Shown here one piece after another: positions 18,997 through 30,371 of a stretch of DNA of 60,580 nucleotides (position 1 is its first letter; each line of letters begins with the position of its first letter). Where the stretch lies: positions 1-60,580 of the forward strand of contig CALWAW010000004.1 in assembly GCA_944375845.1 (NCBI GenBank), written 5' to 3'. Source of the stretch: an uncultured Lachnospiraceae bacterium (GTDB taxonomy: Bacteria; Bacillota; Clostridia; Lachnospirales; Lachnospiraceae). Below the pieces are notes generated by a model, which saw nothing but the letters and a program-made list of their open reading frames with translations, had not been told where the DNA came from and searched no databases. A program made the position numbers and the translations under genes.

Positions 18997-19860
18997 ATGA
19001 GCGGGATCAGGATCGTCACCGATACGGCGTCGGACATTACGGCACAGCAGGCACAGCAGATGAATGTGCGGCTTGTGCCGCTTTCCATTGCCTTCGGGGA
19101 AAGAAAGATGCCCATGGAGTCCGAGGAGGATTTCCAGAACTTTTTTGAACAGCTTTACGAGGAGCGGGAGCTTCCCACCACAGGCCAGCCCTCGCCGGAG
19201 GCTTATCTCAACGAGTACCGCGAGGCGGAAAAGAATCAGGAGGACGTTCTGGTGCTGACCCTCTCCGGGGGCCTAAGCGGCACCATCCGCTCCGCTCAGG
19301 TGGCGAAGGAGTTAAGCGGCTACGACAGGGTCACCATCCTGGATACCAGGCAGGCCATCCTCACCCAGAGGATGCTGGTGGAGCGGGCGGTGCTCCGCCG
19401 CTCCCAGGGAAGGAGCGTGGAGGAGATCGCCGAAGAGCTCCTTGAGGCCAGGGACAGGCTTGTGGTGTGCGGGGTGCTGGATACCCTCACATTCCTCCGG
19501 AAGGGAGGAAGGATCCCGGCGGGCTTCGACGTGATCGGGAACGTGCTGGCTTTAAAGCCCATCATCGAGCTTAAGGACGGGGCGCTGATCAAGCTGGGTG
19601 TGGCCAGAGGGCAGAGAAAGGGGCGCGAATATCTCTTTAAGGAATTCGAGGCCGCGCCCGTGGATCCGGAATGGCCGGTCTATACCGGCTATACATACGA
19701 CAGGAAACTGGGAGAGGACTTTTACCGGGAGGCCTGTGAGCGGTTCGGCCTCTCAGCCGCCAGGATGTACCCGGTGGGCGGCGTCATCGGGACCCATGTG
19801 GGGAAAAACTGCGCAGCCCTGGCCTTCGCCAGGAAGGCGCCCTTGGGCGGACAGGTTTAA
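18997..19860 (+). CDS. DegV-family fatty-acid-binding protein
   Basis: IVTDTASD, PTTGQPS, LSGGLSGT, LRKGGRI, VIGTHVG. Confidence 0.94.
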   Translation: MSGIRIVTDTASDITAQQAQQMNVRLVPLSIAFGERKMPMESEEDFQNFFEQLYEERELPTTGQPSPEAYLNEYREAEKNQEDVLVLTLSGGLSGTIRSAQVAKELSGYDRVTILDTRQAILTQRMLVERAVLRRSQGRSVEEIAEELLEARDRLVVCGVLDTLTFLRKGGRIPAGFDVIGNVLALKPIIELKDGALIKLGVARGQRKGREYLFKEFEAAPVDPEWPVYTGYTYDRKLGEDFYREACERFGLSAARMYPVGGVIGTHVGKNCAALAFARKAPLGGQV

Positions 19861-19916
19861 AAGCCGGGAAACCGCGCATACTAACTGCAAAAAGGATGCA
19901 GGAGGAATGGGCGGTT

Positions 19917-20936
19917 ATGAAGGGAAATGTGTTTCAGAGGGGAAAGGCCAGCATTGGGTTTGAGGAGGGGCCCCTGATCATCGGCTGCGCCTCCGTGGCC
20001 GGGAAAAAAGAGGGGGAGGGCCCCCTGGGAGAGCTCTTCGACGTGATCGAGCCGGATCCCATGGTGGGAAGGGAAACCTGGGAGCAGGCGGAGAGCGCCC
20101 TCCAGAAGGAGGCGGCGGATCTCGCCATTGAGCGGGCGGGCCTGGTGCGAAGCGAGGTGCGCTATCTCTTTGCCGGGGATCTTTTAAGCCAGCTCATCGC
20201 CACCTCCTTCGGGACGGTGGATCTGGAGGTGCCGGTCTTTGGCCTTTACGGCGCCTGCTCCACCATCGGCGAAGCCCTGTGCCTGGGAGCCATGACCGTG
20301 GAGGCGGGATATGCCGACTATGTGATGGCCATGTCCTCCAGCCATTTCGCCAGCGCCGAAAAGCAGTTCCGCTTTCCGCTGGAATACGGGAACCAGAGAC
20401 CCTTCTCGGCCACCTGGACCGTCACCGGCTGCGGCTCCTTTATTCTGGGGAAAAAGGGCGGCCATGTGCGGATTTCCGGAATCACGCCGGGAAAAATCGT
20501 GGATATGGGCCTTAAGGATTCCATGAACATGGGAGCCTGCATGGCCCCCGCCGCCTGCGATACCATCTGCCGGAACCTGAAGGATTTCGGGCGGGAGCCG
20601 GGGGATTATGACCGGATCATCACCGGGGATCTGGGACAGGTGGGAAGAAGGATTCTTCTGGATTTTATGAGAAATAACGGTTACAGCATCCGGGAGCGCC
20701 ATACAGACTGCGGAATCGAGGTCTTTGACAGCGAGGCTCAGGACACCCATGCAGGGGGAAGCGGCTGCGGCTGCTCGGCCATTGTGCTGGCGGCCTATAT
20801 CCTTCCGAAGCTTGCAAGCGGCGAGTGGAGGCGGGTGCTGTTCGTGCCCACCGGGGCCCTGCTTTCCAGCGTAAGCTTCAACGAGGGGCAGAGCGTTCCG
20901 GGCATCGCCCATGGGGTGGTGCTGGAGCACGCATAG
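19917..20936 (+). CDS. spoVAD: Stage V sporulation protein AD
   Basis: GKKEGEGPLG, GLYGACST, QFRFPLEYG, GGSGCGCSA. Confidence 0.96.
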   Translation: MKGNVFQRGKASIGFEEGPLIIGCASVAGKKEGEGPLGELFDVIEPDPMVGRETWEQAESALQKEAADLAIERAGLVRSEVRYLFAGDLLSQLIATSFGTVDLEVPVFGLYGACSTIGEALCLGAMTVEAGYADYVMAMSSSHFASAEKQFRFPLEYGNQRPFSATWTVTGCGSFILGKKGGHVRISGITPGKIVDMGLKDSMNMGACMAPAACDTICRNLKDFGREPGDYDRIITGDLGQVGRRILLDFMRNNGYSIRERHTDCGIEVFDSEAQDTHAGGSGCGCSAIVLAAYILPKLASGEWRRVLFVPTGALLSSVSFNEGQSVPGIAHGVVLEHA

Positions 20937-21167
20937 GCGGCCGGGCAGGCCGCTTTTTGGAAGACGCGGGATTGACATTCCCGGAAAAATAAGCTACAAT
21001 CATGGCACCGTCATATCCGGCGGTGCTTCTTTTCGGGGCTTCTCCCGGATTTCCCAGAAAATGCAGAAACGCAGTTCACAAGGCGGCCTTTCCCGGCTTC
21101 TATTGCTATGGGGAGGACTGTGTGATAAAATGGCAGTAAACAAGAGAAAATTATGGGAGGCAGCAAA

Positions 21168-22691
21168 ATGAATTATCTGATTGGAATCGATCTGGGAACC
21201 TCCGCCACAAAGACGGTCCTCTTTGACGAGGACGGAAACGTGGTCGCGTCCGCGTCGAAGGAGTATCCCATGTACCAGCCTCAGAACGGCTGGGCGGAGC
21301 AGAAGCCGGAGGACTGGAAGGAGGCGGCCCTTGAGACCATCGCGGCCGTGGTGCGCCAGTCCGGCGTCAATAAGGAGGACATTAAGGGACTGGGGATCTC
21401 CGGGCAGATGCACGGCCTGGTGATGCTCGACGAAAACAACGAGGTGATCCGTCCCTCCATTATCTGGTGCGACCAGCGCACCGCCGCCGAGTGCGAGGAG
21501 ATCACAAAGAAGGTGGGCAAGGAGCGGCTGATCGAGATCACGGCGAACCCGGCCCTCACAGGCTTTACGGCCTCCAAGATCCTCTGGGTGCGAAACCACG
21601 AGCCGGAAAACTACGCCCGCTGCCGTCACATCCTTCTTCCCAAGGATTACGTGCGCCTGATTCTCACCGGCGAGTACGCCACCGAGGTGTCCGACGCCTC
21701 GGGCATGCAGCTTCTGGACGTGCCTCACCGCTGCTGGTCCGACGAGGTCCTTGAAAAGCTGGAGATCGACAAGTCCATGCTGGCGAAGGTGTACGAATCC
21801 CCCGAGGTGACGGGAACCATTTTGCCTGAGATCGCGGCCCTGACCGGCCTTTCGGAAAAGACCGTGGTGGTGGGCGGCGCCGGCGACAATGCCGCCGCGG
21901 CCGTGGGAACCGGCGTGGTGGCCGACGGAAAGGCCTTTACCACCATCGGAACCAGCGGCGTGGTTTTCGCCCACAGCAAGAACGTGACCATTGACCCCAA
22001 GGGCCGCGTCCACACCTTCTGCTGCGCCGTACCGGGCTGCTGGCATGTGATGGGCGTGACCCAGGGCGCGGGCCTTTCCCTTCAGTGGTTCCGCAACAAC
22101 CTCTGCCGCGACTACATGGAGCGGGCCGAAAAAGAGGGAAGGGACGCCTACGATTACATCAACGAGGACGTGGAGAGTGTGCCTTTAGGCTCCAACAGGC
22201 TGATCTACCTGCCCTATCTCATGGGGGAGCGGACGCCTCATCTGGATCCCGACTGCCGCGGCGTGTTCTTCGGCCTTTCGGCCATCCATACCAGAAAGGA
22301 TATGCTGAGGGCCGTCATGGAGGGCGTTTCCTATTCCATGAAGGACTGCAACGACATCTTGAAGGAGATGGGCGTTGAGGTGGACGATATGATGGCCTGC
22401 GGAGGCGGCGGGCGAAGCGCCGTATGGCGTCAGATGCTGGCCGATATGTACGGCTGCACCGTAAAGACCGTGGCGGCCAAGGAGGGCCCCGCCCTGGGCG
22501 TGGCGATCCTGGCGGGCGTGGGCGCGGGGATTTACGAGAGCGTGGAGGCGGCCTGTGAAAAGATGATTCACACCGACAAGTCCTGCGACCCCATTCCGGA
22601 GCACACGGAAAAATACGCGCAGTACCATAAGATCTACCAGAACCTTTACGGCTGCTTAAAGGAGCAGTATAAGGAGCTGGCGAAGCTTTAA
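21168..22691 (+). CDS. xylB: Xylulokinase (FGGY family)
   Basis: IGIDLGTSATK, GQMHG, PYLMGERTPH. Confidence 0.9.
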   Translation: MNYLIGIDLGTSATKTVLFDEDGNVVASASKEYPMYQPQNGWAEQKPEDWKEAALETIAAVVRQSGVNKEDIKGLGISGQMHGLVMLDENNEVIRPSIIWCDQRTAAECEEITKKVGKERLIEITANPALTGFTASKILWVRNHEPENYARCRHILLPKDYVRLILTGEYATEVSDASGMQLLDVPHRCWSDEVLEKLEIDKSMLAKVYESPEVTGTILPEIAALTGLSEKTVVVGGAGDNAAAAVGTGVVADGKAFTTIGTSGVVFAHSKNVTIDPKGRVHTFCCAVPGCWHVMGVTQGAGLSLQWFRNNLCRDYMERAEKEGRDAYDYINEDVESVPLGSNRLIYLPYLMGERTPHLDPDCRGVFFGLSAIHTRKDMLRAVMEGVSYSMKDCNDILKEMGVEVDDMMACGGGGRSAVWRQMLADMYGCTVKTVAAKEGPALGVAILAGVGAGIYESVEAACEKMIHTDKSCDPIPEHTEKYAQYHKIYQNLYGCLKEQYKELAKL

Positions 22692-22746
22692 GCGGAAAGG
22701 GCAAAAAAAGCGCGGCAGTTTTTCTGCCGCGCGAACGCCCTGATGT

Positions 22747-24120
22747 TTAATCTGCCAGAAGCTTTTCATAGCCTTTGATGACTTCCCTCATGGCGGAGGG
22801 GCCGGGAGCGCCCAGGGTGGTGCGCTTTTCCACACAGGTCTTTAAGCTGATGGCCTCGTAAATATCATTCTCAAAAACAGGGCTGATGGCCTTGTATTCT
22901 TCTAAGGACATTTCGTCCAGAGAAATCCCTTTATCAAGACAATAGAGCACCAGCCGCCCTACGATTCCGTGGGCGTCGCGGAAGGGAACGCCGTGGTTTA
23001 CCAGGTAGTCCGCCGCGTCGGTGGCGTTGGTGAAGCCGTTCATGGCGCTTTTCTTCATGGCCTCTTTGTTGAATTTCATGGTGGAGACCATTCCGGTGAA
23101 CAGGGCCAGGCACCCCTTCGTGGTGTCGATGGCGTCGAATATCATCTCCTTATCCTCCTGCATATCCTTGTTGTAGGCCAGGGGGATTCCCTTCATAACG
23201 GTGAGGATGGACGTCAGCGCGCCGTAGACCCGTCCGGTCTTTCCGCGGACCAGCTCGGCAATGTCCGGGTTCTTCTTCTGGGGCATGATGCTGCTGCCGG
23301 TGCTGTAGGCGTCGTCCAGCTCCACAAACTGGTATTCATTGGAGTTCCAGAGGATCACTTCCTCGGAGAAGCGGCTCAGGTGCATCATAATGGTGGCCAT
23401 GGCGCTTGCCAGCTCGATCAGGTAATCCCGGTCAGAGACGGCGTCCATGCTGTTTTTCGCGGCTCCGTCAAAGTCCAGCAGGGAGGCGGTGTATTCCCGG
23501 TCCAGGGGATAGGTGGTGCCCGCCAGGGCCCCCGCGCCCAGAGGACAGGTGTTCATCCGCCTTCTGATGTCCGAAAGGCGGCTTCTGTCCCGAAGGAACA
23601 TTTCAAAGTAGGCGCCGATATGGTGGGCCAGGGTCACGGGCTGGGCCTTCTGCAAATGGGTAAAGCCCGGCATATAGGTTTCCAGGTTTTCCTCCATGAT
23701 CGTTAAGAGGGCCTCTAAAAGCTCCTTAACCAGGACGTCCAGCTGGCCGATCTCATCCCGCACATAGAGCTTCATATCCAGGGCCACCTGGTCGTTGCGG
23801 CTTCTTCCCGTGTGGAGCTTCTTTCCCACGTCGCCGACGCGGCTTATAAGCTCCGCCTCCACAAAGCTGTGAATGTCCTCGGCGGAGGGGTCGATGGAGA
23901 GCGCTCCCGTCTCCAGATCGGAGAGGATCCCCTCAAGGCCCTTTACGATCTGATCGCGCTCCTCGTCCTTCAGGATCCCCTGCTTTGCCAGCATGGTCAC
24001 ATGGGCGATGCTGCCCCGGATATCCTGACGGTAAAATCTCTGGTCAAAGGAGATGGAGGCGTTGAACCGGTTCACCAGCTCGTTTTCCTCCTTTGTAAAA
24101 CGTCCTCCCCATAATTTCAT
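22747..24120 (-). CDS. argH: Argininosuccinate lyase
   Basis: [29 protein letters not shown]. Confidence 0.97.
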   Translation of the reverse strand: MKLWGGRFTKEENELVNRFNASISFDQRFYRQDIRGSIAHVTMLAKQGILKDEERDQIVKGLEGILSDLETGALSIDPSAEDIHSFVEAELISRVGDVGKKLHTGRSRNDQVALDMKLYVRDEIGQLDVLVKELLEALLTIMEENLETYMPGFTHLQKAQPVTLAHHIGAYFEMFLRDRSRLSDIRRRMNTCPLGAGALAGTTYPLDREYTASLLDFDGAAKNSMDAVSDRDYLIELASAMATIMMHLSRFSEEVILWNSNEYQFVELDDAYSTGSSIMPQKKNPDIAELVRGKTGRVYGALTSILTVMKGIPLAYNKDMQEDKEMIFDAIDTTKGCLALFTGMVSTMKFNKEAMKKSAMNGFTNATDAADYLVNHGVPFRDAHGIVGRLVLYCLDKGISLDEMSLEEYKAISPVFENDIYEAISLKTCVEKRTTLGAPGPSAMREVIKGYEKLLAD

Positions 24121-26738
24121 GGCTGTTCCTCGCTTTCTGAATGGTTTTCGGCGGCAGTCAGATATTTTTCCGCCCGGTGGGCCGCCTGCCGCTCCAGCCC
24201 GGCTGCCCGGCGCTCCCTCTCAATGTCCTCCTCGTCCTCTCTGGCCCTTTCCAGGCTGCGGTTCTTAAAGGCCCGCTTCGCCGCGGTCAGAAGGATCAGG
24301 ATCAGCAAAGAGGCCAGGGAAATCAGGACCCCCGTCCCCAGCCCGGCGGGGCTGTAGGAAAGCTCGATGGAATGGGAGCCTGCCGTCACGGGGATGGCAA
24401 GCATGGTGCCGGCGAAGGCCTCCGCCCTGACCGGTTCCCCGTCCACCTTTACGCTCCACCCCTCCTCATAGGGGATCGAGGTGTAAAGGAGGCCGTCGGA
24501 CTGGGCGGTCACCCGTCCTGTGACGGTGGTGTCAGTAAAGTGATCCACGGTGAGGGGCTCCCTTCCCAGAATGTCCACGCATTCTCCCAGCACCTCCGTA
24601 TCCAGCATATAGGCGGTGGCGGTGAAGTGCTCGTCAGTCTGGTCGGTGGTCAGGGTAATCATGGTCCCCGCCTGGCATTTTCCCAGATCCAGCAGGTAGC
24701 CTCTGTTTACGTTGGAAAAGCTTAAGGTGGAGGCGCCGCTTAAGGAGGCGTCCACATCCTGGATGGAGGTGTTGGTCACATGCACATACACAAAGCCCGT
24801 TCTGGGCACGGTCAGTGTAAACTGGCCGATGGAGGCGCTTCCGCCCTGAACGGCGGAGAGCACGGCGCCCGTTCCCAGGGCGGCCGAGAGGGAATTCTGG
24901 TTTTCCACCGGATTTAAGGAATCGGGCTCCCAGTACTCGGAAACCGACTGGGGCAGCATGAAGCCGATGGGAAGATAATACCGGTTTTCATAGAGGGTGA
25001 TGTTTCCGTCGGTGCTGTGGGCCGTGTAAAGGTCGCTGTCCAGGGTTTTAGAGGACATGGTGTACTTGACCCCCAGAAGGGCGGAGGCCAGGGGCGTGGC
25101 CCCGGTAAAGCTGTAGGCGTTGGTGTTTCCCTCGAGGCCCAGCGCCTTGTAAAGATCGCTTAAATGGGCGTTTGCCGTGGAGGAAAACAGGGAGGCGGAG
25201 CGGTAGCCCGCCAGGGCCGCGTCGTTTTTTGTCTTTCTCGTATCCTTCTCAATGCGGAACAGCGAGGAATCCTCTTCCTCCACCGCTTTCGCCAGGGCCC
25301 GGTAGGAGGGCTGGTTTTCCAGGTAGGCGGTCCTGCTCACGGTGGATACACTGGTGACAGCCGTGTTGACGCTGGCCTCGATGGAGATCACCGTCACCGC
25401 CAGGATGGCCAGCGTAGGCCCCCAGGCCTTCCTGTTTTTGTGATAGTAGAGCAAAAGCGCGTAAAGGCCCACGAACAAAAGGGTCAGGTAATAGGTCTGG
25501 AAGGAGAAATCCTCTTCCACAATAATGGCCTCGCACAGGAAAATAAAGAGGGCCGCGCCCCAGAAGCTTCCCGCCAGCTGGGCTCCCGTGTTTGCCCGGA
25601 TGTTTTTGTAGGCCTCATAGCACATGGCAAGAAGCAGGATGATATACAAAAACGACTGCCTTGCCGGAAGGCTGTTGGGATAGTGGAAGCCGTGCCAGAT
25701 AAAGTTGGGGATGTTTAAGGAAAAGCCCAGAAGCATCATCAGAAGCAGCACGCCCTTTACCGCCTTTTCCCTCCGACTGATGTTTTTGTTCATCATATAG
25801 AGCGGGAGGAGCATCAGCACTCCCACGCCGCAGTAAATGTTGGGCCAGTGGTCCAGGCCGGTCTCCGTCTCCACGTTGATAAAGTGGCGGGCCGCCATTT
25901 CAAGGACGGAGAAATAGGAGGTGAGGGTCTTTGGCATATTGATGTCGCCGGAGGCGGTCATACCCAGGGCCAGAAGCACCGGAATCAGAAGCACGGCGGC
26001 CAGCCCGCCTGCCAGCAGGGAATAGACGCCGAAGTTCAGGATCTTTTTGAGGCTCCCCTTATGCTCGGGCTCCATGGCTAAAAGGGCGATGAAGTAGAGC
26101 ACCAGGAAGATGCAGATCATAATGGAGATATAGTAGTTGGTCAGGATGGAGAGGGCCAGGGAAAGGCAGTAGAGCAGGCATTTGCCCTCTTTTACCAGAC
26201 GCTCCAGCCCCAGAAGAATCACGGGGGCCAGCACCAGGCAGTCCAGCCACATCACGTTCCAGCTGTAGGCGGCCATGTAGGCCGACAGGGCGTAGAATAC
26301 CGCGAAGAAGGACATGCCCAGGTCCCGGGTCTTGAAATGGCGGCTTAAGTACCAGCAGAAGGTGAGGCCGCACAGTCCGATCTTCAGCACGATCATGTAG
26401 GTGAGAAATTCGATCATCAGGCTCTGGGGCATCAGGATGGCCAGCCAGTTGAAGGGGCTCGCCAGATAGTAGGCGTAGAGGGCCACGAAGTTGGAGCCCA
26501 TGCCCACGTTCCAGGAATAGCTGAGGCTGCCGCCGTTTTTCAGCTTATCCATGAACTCGTTCATAAAGGGGGCGTACTGATGGTACATATCGGTACGCAG
26601 AAAGCTGCTTTCGCCGAAGGGAAAGATCTGCCGTTGGACAAAGATCCCGATCATAATGAGGACCGGGACAAAAAACGAGATGAGAAAAGGAGCCTTTTCC
26701 AGCATCGTTGTCTTTTTTCGGGGGATCTGTCTGCTCAT
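24117..26738 (-). CDS. YfhO-family membrane glycosyltransferase (GT-C)
   Basis: 873 aa; [14 protein letters not shown], multiple TM helices; C-terminal [14 protein letters not shown]. Confidence 0.9.
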   Translation of the reverse strand: MSRQIPRKKTTMLEKAPFLISFFVPVLIMIGIFVQRQIFPFGESSFLRTDMYHQYAPFMNEFMDKLKNGGSLSYSWNVGMGSNFVALYAYYLASPFNWLAILMPQSLMIEFLTYMIVLKIGLCGLTFCWYLSRHFKTRDLGMSFFAVFYALSAYMAAYSWNVMWLDCLVLAPVILLGLERLVKEGKCLLYCLSLALSILTNYYISIMICIFLVLYFIALLAMEPEHKGSLKKILNFGVYSLLAGGLAAVLLIPVLLALGMTASGDINMPKTLTSYFSVLEMAARHFINVETETGLDHWPNIYCGVGVLMLLPLYMMNKNISRREKAVKGVLLLMMLLGFSLNIPNFIWHGFHYPNSLPARQSFLYIILLLAMCYEAYKNIRANTGAQLAGSFWGAALFIFLCEAIIVEEDFSFQTYYLTLLFVGLYALLLYYHKNRKAWGPTLAILAVTVISIEASVNTAVTSVSTVSRTAYLENQPSYRALAKAVEEEDSSLFRIEKDTRKTKNDAALAGYRSASLFSSTANAHLSDLYKALGLEGNTNAYSFTGATPLASALLGVKYTMSSKTLDSDLYTAHSTDGNITLYENRYYLPIGFMLPQSVSEYWEPDSLNPVENQNSLSAALGTGAVLSAVQGGSASIGQFTLTVPRTGFVYVHVTNTSIQDVDASLSGASTLSFSNVNRGYLLDLGKCQAGTMITLTTDQTDEHFTATAYMLDTEVLGECVDILGREPLTVDHFTDTTVTGRVTAQSDGLLYTSIPYEEGWSVKVDGEPVRAEAFAGTMLAIPVTAGSHSIELSYSPAGLGTGVLISLASLLILILLTAAKRAFKNRSLERAREDEEDIERERRAAGLERQAAHRAEKYLTAAENHSESEEQP

Positions 26739-26740
26739 AA

Positions 26741-27700
26741 CTATTTATCGCCTTTCTTGTCTGAGGTGTGGCTATCCAGATTGCTTTGCTTTATGATGTA
26801 GATGGGACGGTCCTTCGCTTCCATATAAATATGGGCGATATATTCCCCCAGGATCCCCACGGAAAGCTCGATGATCCCGCCTAAAAACAGGACGGCGCAG
26901 AGCGTTGTCACGTAGCCCGGCACCGCGATGCCGAAGATCAGCGTCTGGATCAGGGTCACGATGATATAGATAAAGGCCACGGACGAGATTAAAAAGCCCA
27001 GGCCCGACACGATGCGAAGGGGGGTGATGGAAAAGGAGGTGATCCCGCTTACCGCGTATTTTAAGAGGCTGCGGAAGCTCCACTTTGTGGAGCCCAGGGT
27101 GCGCTCCACATTTTCGTAGGGATACCATTTTGTGTCATAGCCCACCCAGGCGAAGATTCCCTTGGAGAACCGCTCCACCTCGGAAAGCTTCAGGATTGAA
27201 TCCACCATCTGCCTGGTCATGATGCGGAAATCCACCGCGTCCTGGGGCATTTTCACGTTGGTCATCCGGTTGCTGACCCGGTAGAAGAGATTGGAGAAGG
27301 CGCTGCGGAGCCGGGATTCCCCGGCCCTGGTGGTGCGCCTGGCGGCGGCGCAGTCATAGCCCTCCTCAATGCCCTTCATCATCACGGGAATCATGGCGGG
27401 GGGATGCTGGAGATCGGCGTCCATCACAATCACAAGATCTCCCGAGGAGTGGGAAAGGCCCGCGTACATGGCGGCCTCCTTCCCGAAGTTCCGGGAAAAG
27501 GAAAGCCAGCGGACATTTTTATGGGCCGCGGCCAGCCCCTTCATTCTGGAAAGGGTCGAGTCGCGGCTCCCGTCGTCCACAAGGATATAAGTAAACTGAT
27601 AGCCCTCCATGGAGGAGACCACGCTCTCGGTGGTTTCATAGAAGGTTTCCAGGACCTCCTCCTCGTTGTAGCAGGGCACGATAATATCGACTGTTTTCAT
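26741..27700 (-). CDS. GT2 polyprenol-phosphate glycosyltransferase (CsbB/GtrB-like)
   Basis: IVPCYNEE, VDDGSRD, SRNFGKEAA, MDADLQHPP; two C-terminal TM helices. Confidence 0.93.
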   Translation of the reverse strand: MKTVDIIVPCYNEEEVLETFYETTESVVSSMEGYQFTYILVDDGSRDSTLSRMKGLAAAHKNVRWLSFSRNFGKEAAMYAGLSHSSGDLVIVMDADLQHPPAMIPVMMKGIEEGYDCAAARRTTRAGESRLRSAFSNLFYRVSNRMTNVKMPQDAVDFRIMTRQMVDSILKLSEVERFSKGIFAWVGYDTKWYPYENVERTLGSTKWSFRSLLKYAVSGITSFSITPLRIVSGLGFLISSVAFIYIIVTLIQTLIFGIAVPGYVTTLCAVLFLGGIIELSVGILGEYIAHIYMEAKDRPIYIIKQSNLDSHTSDKKGDK

Positions 27701-27886
27701 GGGTATACCTGGCCTGTGCTGTTGATTTTACATAACACATCTATTGTAGTATACCCACTGATAAATGTAAATGAATAAAATTTTAAAAATTTACGTATAA
27801 AATCCGTCAGGCAGGAATAGACATAGTATTAGCCTGAAACGGCGGGGAGCGAAAAAAGACGAAACAATCTGAAAGGAGAAATACCA

Positions 27887-28513
27887 ATGGCAGAAAAAAT
27901 CATGGAAAACAATAAGGTTACTGTGATCGGGGAGATCATATCGGGCTTTACCTTCAGCCACGAGGTGTTCGGCGAGGGCTTTTACCTGACGGAGATCTCC
28001 ATCAACAGGCTCAGCGACCAGAAGGATATCATCCCCCTTCTGATCTCGGAACGGCTTTTGGATATCACAGGGGACTATACGGGGATGATCGTGGAGGCCT
28101 CCGGCCAGTTCCGTTCCTACAACCGCCACGAGGGGACCAGGAACCGCCTTGTGCTCTCGGTGTTCGTGCGGGAGATTTCGTTTCTGGAATCCTTTAACGA
28201 CTGCACAAAGACCAATCAGATCTTTCTGGACGGCTACATCTGCAAGACGCCCATTTACAGGAAAACGCCCCTGGGGCGGGAGATCGCCGATCTTCTGGTG
28301 GCGGTGAACCGGCCCTACGGAAAATCGGACTATATTCCCTGCATCGCCTGGGGACGGAACGCCAGGTACGCCTCAGGCTTCGAGGTGGGGAGCCGCATCT
28401 GCGTCTGGGGGCGGGTCCAGAGCCGGGAATATGTGAAGCGCTTAAGCGAAACGGAGAGCGAAAAGCGGGTGGCCTACGAGGTGTCTGTAAGCAAGCTGGA
28501 ATGGATGGAATAG
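27887..28513 (+). CDS. Single-stranded DNA-binding protein, clostridial tandem-OB type
   Basis: YRKTPLGREIADLLVAVNRPYGKSDYIPCIAWGRNA, GRVQSREY. Confidence 0.9.
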   Translation: MAEKIMENNKVTVIGEIISGFTFSHEVFGEGFYLTEISINRLSDQKDIIPLLISERLLDITGDYTGMIVEASGQFRSYNRHEGTRNRLVLSVFVREISFLESFNDCTKTNQIFLDGYICKTPIYRKTPLGREIADLLVAVNRPYGKSDYIPCIAWGRNARYASGFEVGSRICVWGRVQSREYVKRLSETESEKRVAYEVSVSKLEWME

Positions 28514-28582
28514 GTTGCATTCTATGGCAAAGGGTGGTAGAATGTAAAAAAATACGGAGAGGATTGTCCTAAAGGGGGAGCC

Positions 28583-29080
28583 ATGAGAAAAGGAAAGATC
28601 CAGGTACTCTGCGGCCAGGGCAGCGGAAAAAGCGCCTGCGCAGTGGGATTGGCTGTAAACGCCGCCGGAAGGAATCAGAATATTGTCATCATCCAGTTTT
28701 TAAAGGGGAAGAGCGAGGAGAACGAGATCCGGGACCGTCTGGAGCCTGAGATCAAGGTGTTTTCCTTTGAAAAATCCGAAAAGCCCTTCGCGCAGCTGGG
28801 GAAAGAGGAGCAGGAGGAGGAGGCCGCCAATATGCGGAACGGCCTCTGCTTCGCCAAAAAGGTTCTCTCCACCAGGGACTGCGACGTGCTGATCCTGGAT
28901 GAGATTTTAGGGCTGGTGGATTACGGCATCATCGACGCGGCCGAGATCGTTAAGCTTTTAGAGGCCCGCGACGAGGATGTGGACGTCATCATGACCGGAA
29001 TCGTATTTCCGCAGGAGCTTTCCGCCTATGTGGATAAGATCACCAGGATCGATTCCGTGGAAATCAAAAAAGAATCTTAG
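28583..29080 (+). CDS. Cob(I)yrinic acid a,c-diamide adenosyltransferase (CobO/BtuR family)
   Basis: GQGSGKS, IQFLKG, ILDEI, MTG. Confidence 0.82.
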   Translation: MRKGKIQVLCGQGSGKSACAVGLAVNAAGRNQNIVIIQFLKGKSEENEIRDRLEPEIKVFSFEKSEKPFAQLGKEEQEEEAANMRNGLCFAKKVLSTRDCDVLILDEILGLVDYGIIDAAEIVKLLEARDEDVDVIMTGIVFPQELSAYVDKITRIDSVEIKKES

Positions 29081-29142
29081 CGGCCCGTCCTGTTGACAGG
29101 GGCGGCGGTTCGTGCTATGATGATGAAAACAAAACAGAAACA

Positions 29143-29315
29143 GTAAATGTAGAGGTTGCATTTTTTATCAGTACGCCGGCGGATATGTACAGGCATAGGG
29201 GACGCCGGAGGAAAGGAAAAAATGCCGAAGGGGCGGGCAGCCTGAATGTCCTTCCCTGGGCGCAGGGTTAAGAGCCCTGCGACTGTCATCCTGCCGGATG
29301 GAGCGCTACTTGCAA
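29143..29315 (+). ncRNA. Lysine riboswitch
   Basis: AGAGGTTGC...AGTA...GAAAGG...GCCGAAG...CTGTC...GGAGCGCTAC; directly upstream of dapA-dapB; terminator at 29354-29383. Confidence 0.93.
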
Positions 29316-29459
29316 GACGAACAGCATGCGGTATCACCGCAGCGGCGGTCTTTAGGGGCTGACCTTCCGGTCAACCCCTTTTATTGTGCCCGGGCCGGGC
29401 CCGCCGCGCGATAACCTTACGGAAAGCAGGAGCCATTGCATGAGAAAAGGAGGAGCATT

Positions 29460-30350
29460 ATGGCAATTTTCAAAGGAGCAGGCGTTGCGATCGTCACCCC
29501 CTTCCATGAGGACGGGAGCGTAAATTACGAGAAGCTGACGGAGCTTTTAGAGGAGCAGATCGCGGGCGGCACCGACAGCATCATCATCTGCGGCACCACG
29601 GGAGAGGCGTCCACCCTGTCCCACGAGGAGCACCTGGACGTGATCGCCCATGCGGTCAAGGTGGTGAACGGAAGGATTCCGGTGATCGCGGGAACCGGCT
29701 CCAACTCCACCGAGACGGCCATTTATCTTTCCGTGGAGGCGGAAAAGGCGGGGGCCGACGCCCTTCTCCAGGTGACGCCCTATTATAACAAGGCAACCCA
29801 GAAGGGGCTGATCGCCCACTTTACGGCTGTGGCCCAGGCGGTGAAAATTCCCATCATCTTATACAACGTGCCCAGCCGCACCGGCTGCAATATCCTGCCC
29901 GAGACGGCGGTTTATCTGGCAAAGAACGTGCCCAACATCGTGGGCATCAAGGAGGCCTGCGGAAACATCGCCCAGATCGCGAAGCTGGCCCAGCTGGCGG
30001 ACGGCTGCATCGACATTTATTCCGGAAACGACGACGAGGTGGTGCCCATCATGGCCCTGGGCGGCCTGGGCGTGATCTCCGTGCTCTCCAACGTGGCGCC
30101 GAAGCAGACCCACGACATGGCGATGAAGTTTTTAGAGGGCGACATCGAGGGCAGCAGAAAGCTTCAGCTTGAAGCCCTTCCGTTGATCAACGCCCTGTTC
30201 TGCGAGGTGAACCCCATTCCGGTGAAAACGGCCATGAACCTTCTGGGCAAGGAGTGCGGCCCCCTTCGCGGCCCTCTGTGCCCCATGGAGCCTCAGAATG
30301 AGGAACGCCTGAAAAAGGCGCTGACAGATTACGGCTTTACGCTGGCGTAA
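29460..30350 (+). CDS. dapA: 4-hydroxy-tetrahydrodipicolinate synthase
   Basis: GTTGE, PYYNK, YNVPSRTG, GIKEA. Confidence 0.97.
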   Translation: MAIFKGAGVAIVTPFHEDGSVNYEKLTELLEEQIAGGTDSIIICGTTGEASTLSHEEHLDVIAHAVKVVNGRIPVIAGTGSNSTETAIYLSVEAEKAGADALLQVTPYYNKATQKGLIAHFTAVAQAVKIPIILYNVPSRTGCNILPETAVYLAKNVPNIVGIKEACGNIAQIAKLAQLADGCIDIYSGNDDEVVPIMALGGLGVISVLSNVAPKQTHDMAMKFLEGDIEGSRKLQLEALPLINALFCEVNPIPVKTAMNLLGKECGPLRGPLCPMEPQNEERLKKALTDYGFTLA

Positions 30351-30371
30351 TTAAGAAAGGAAGGGATTCGT

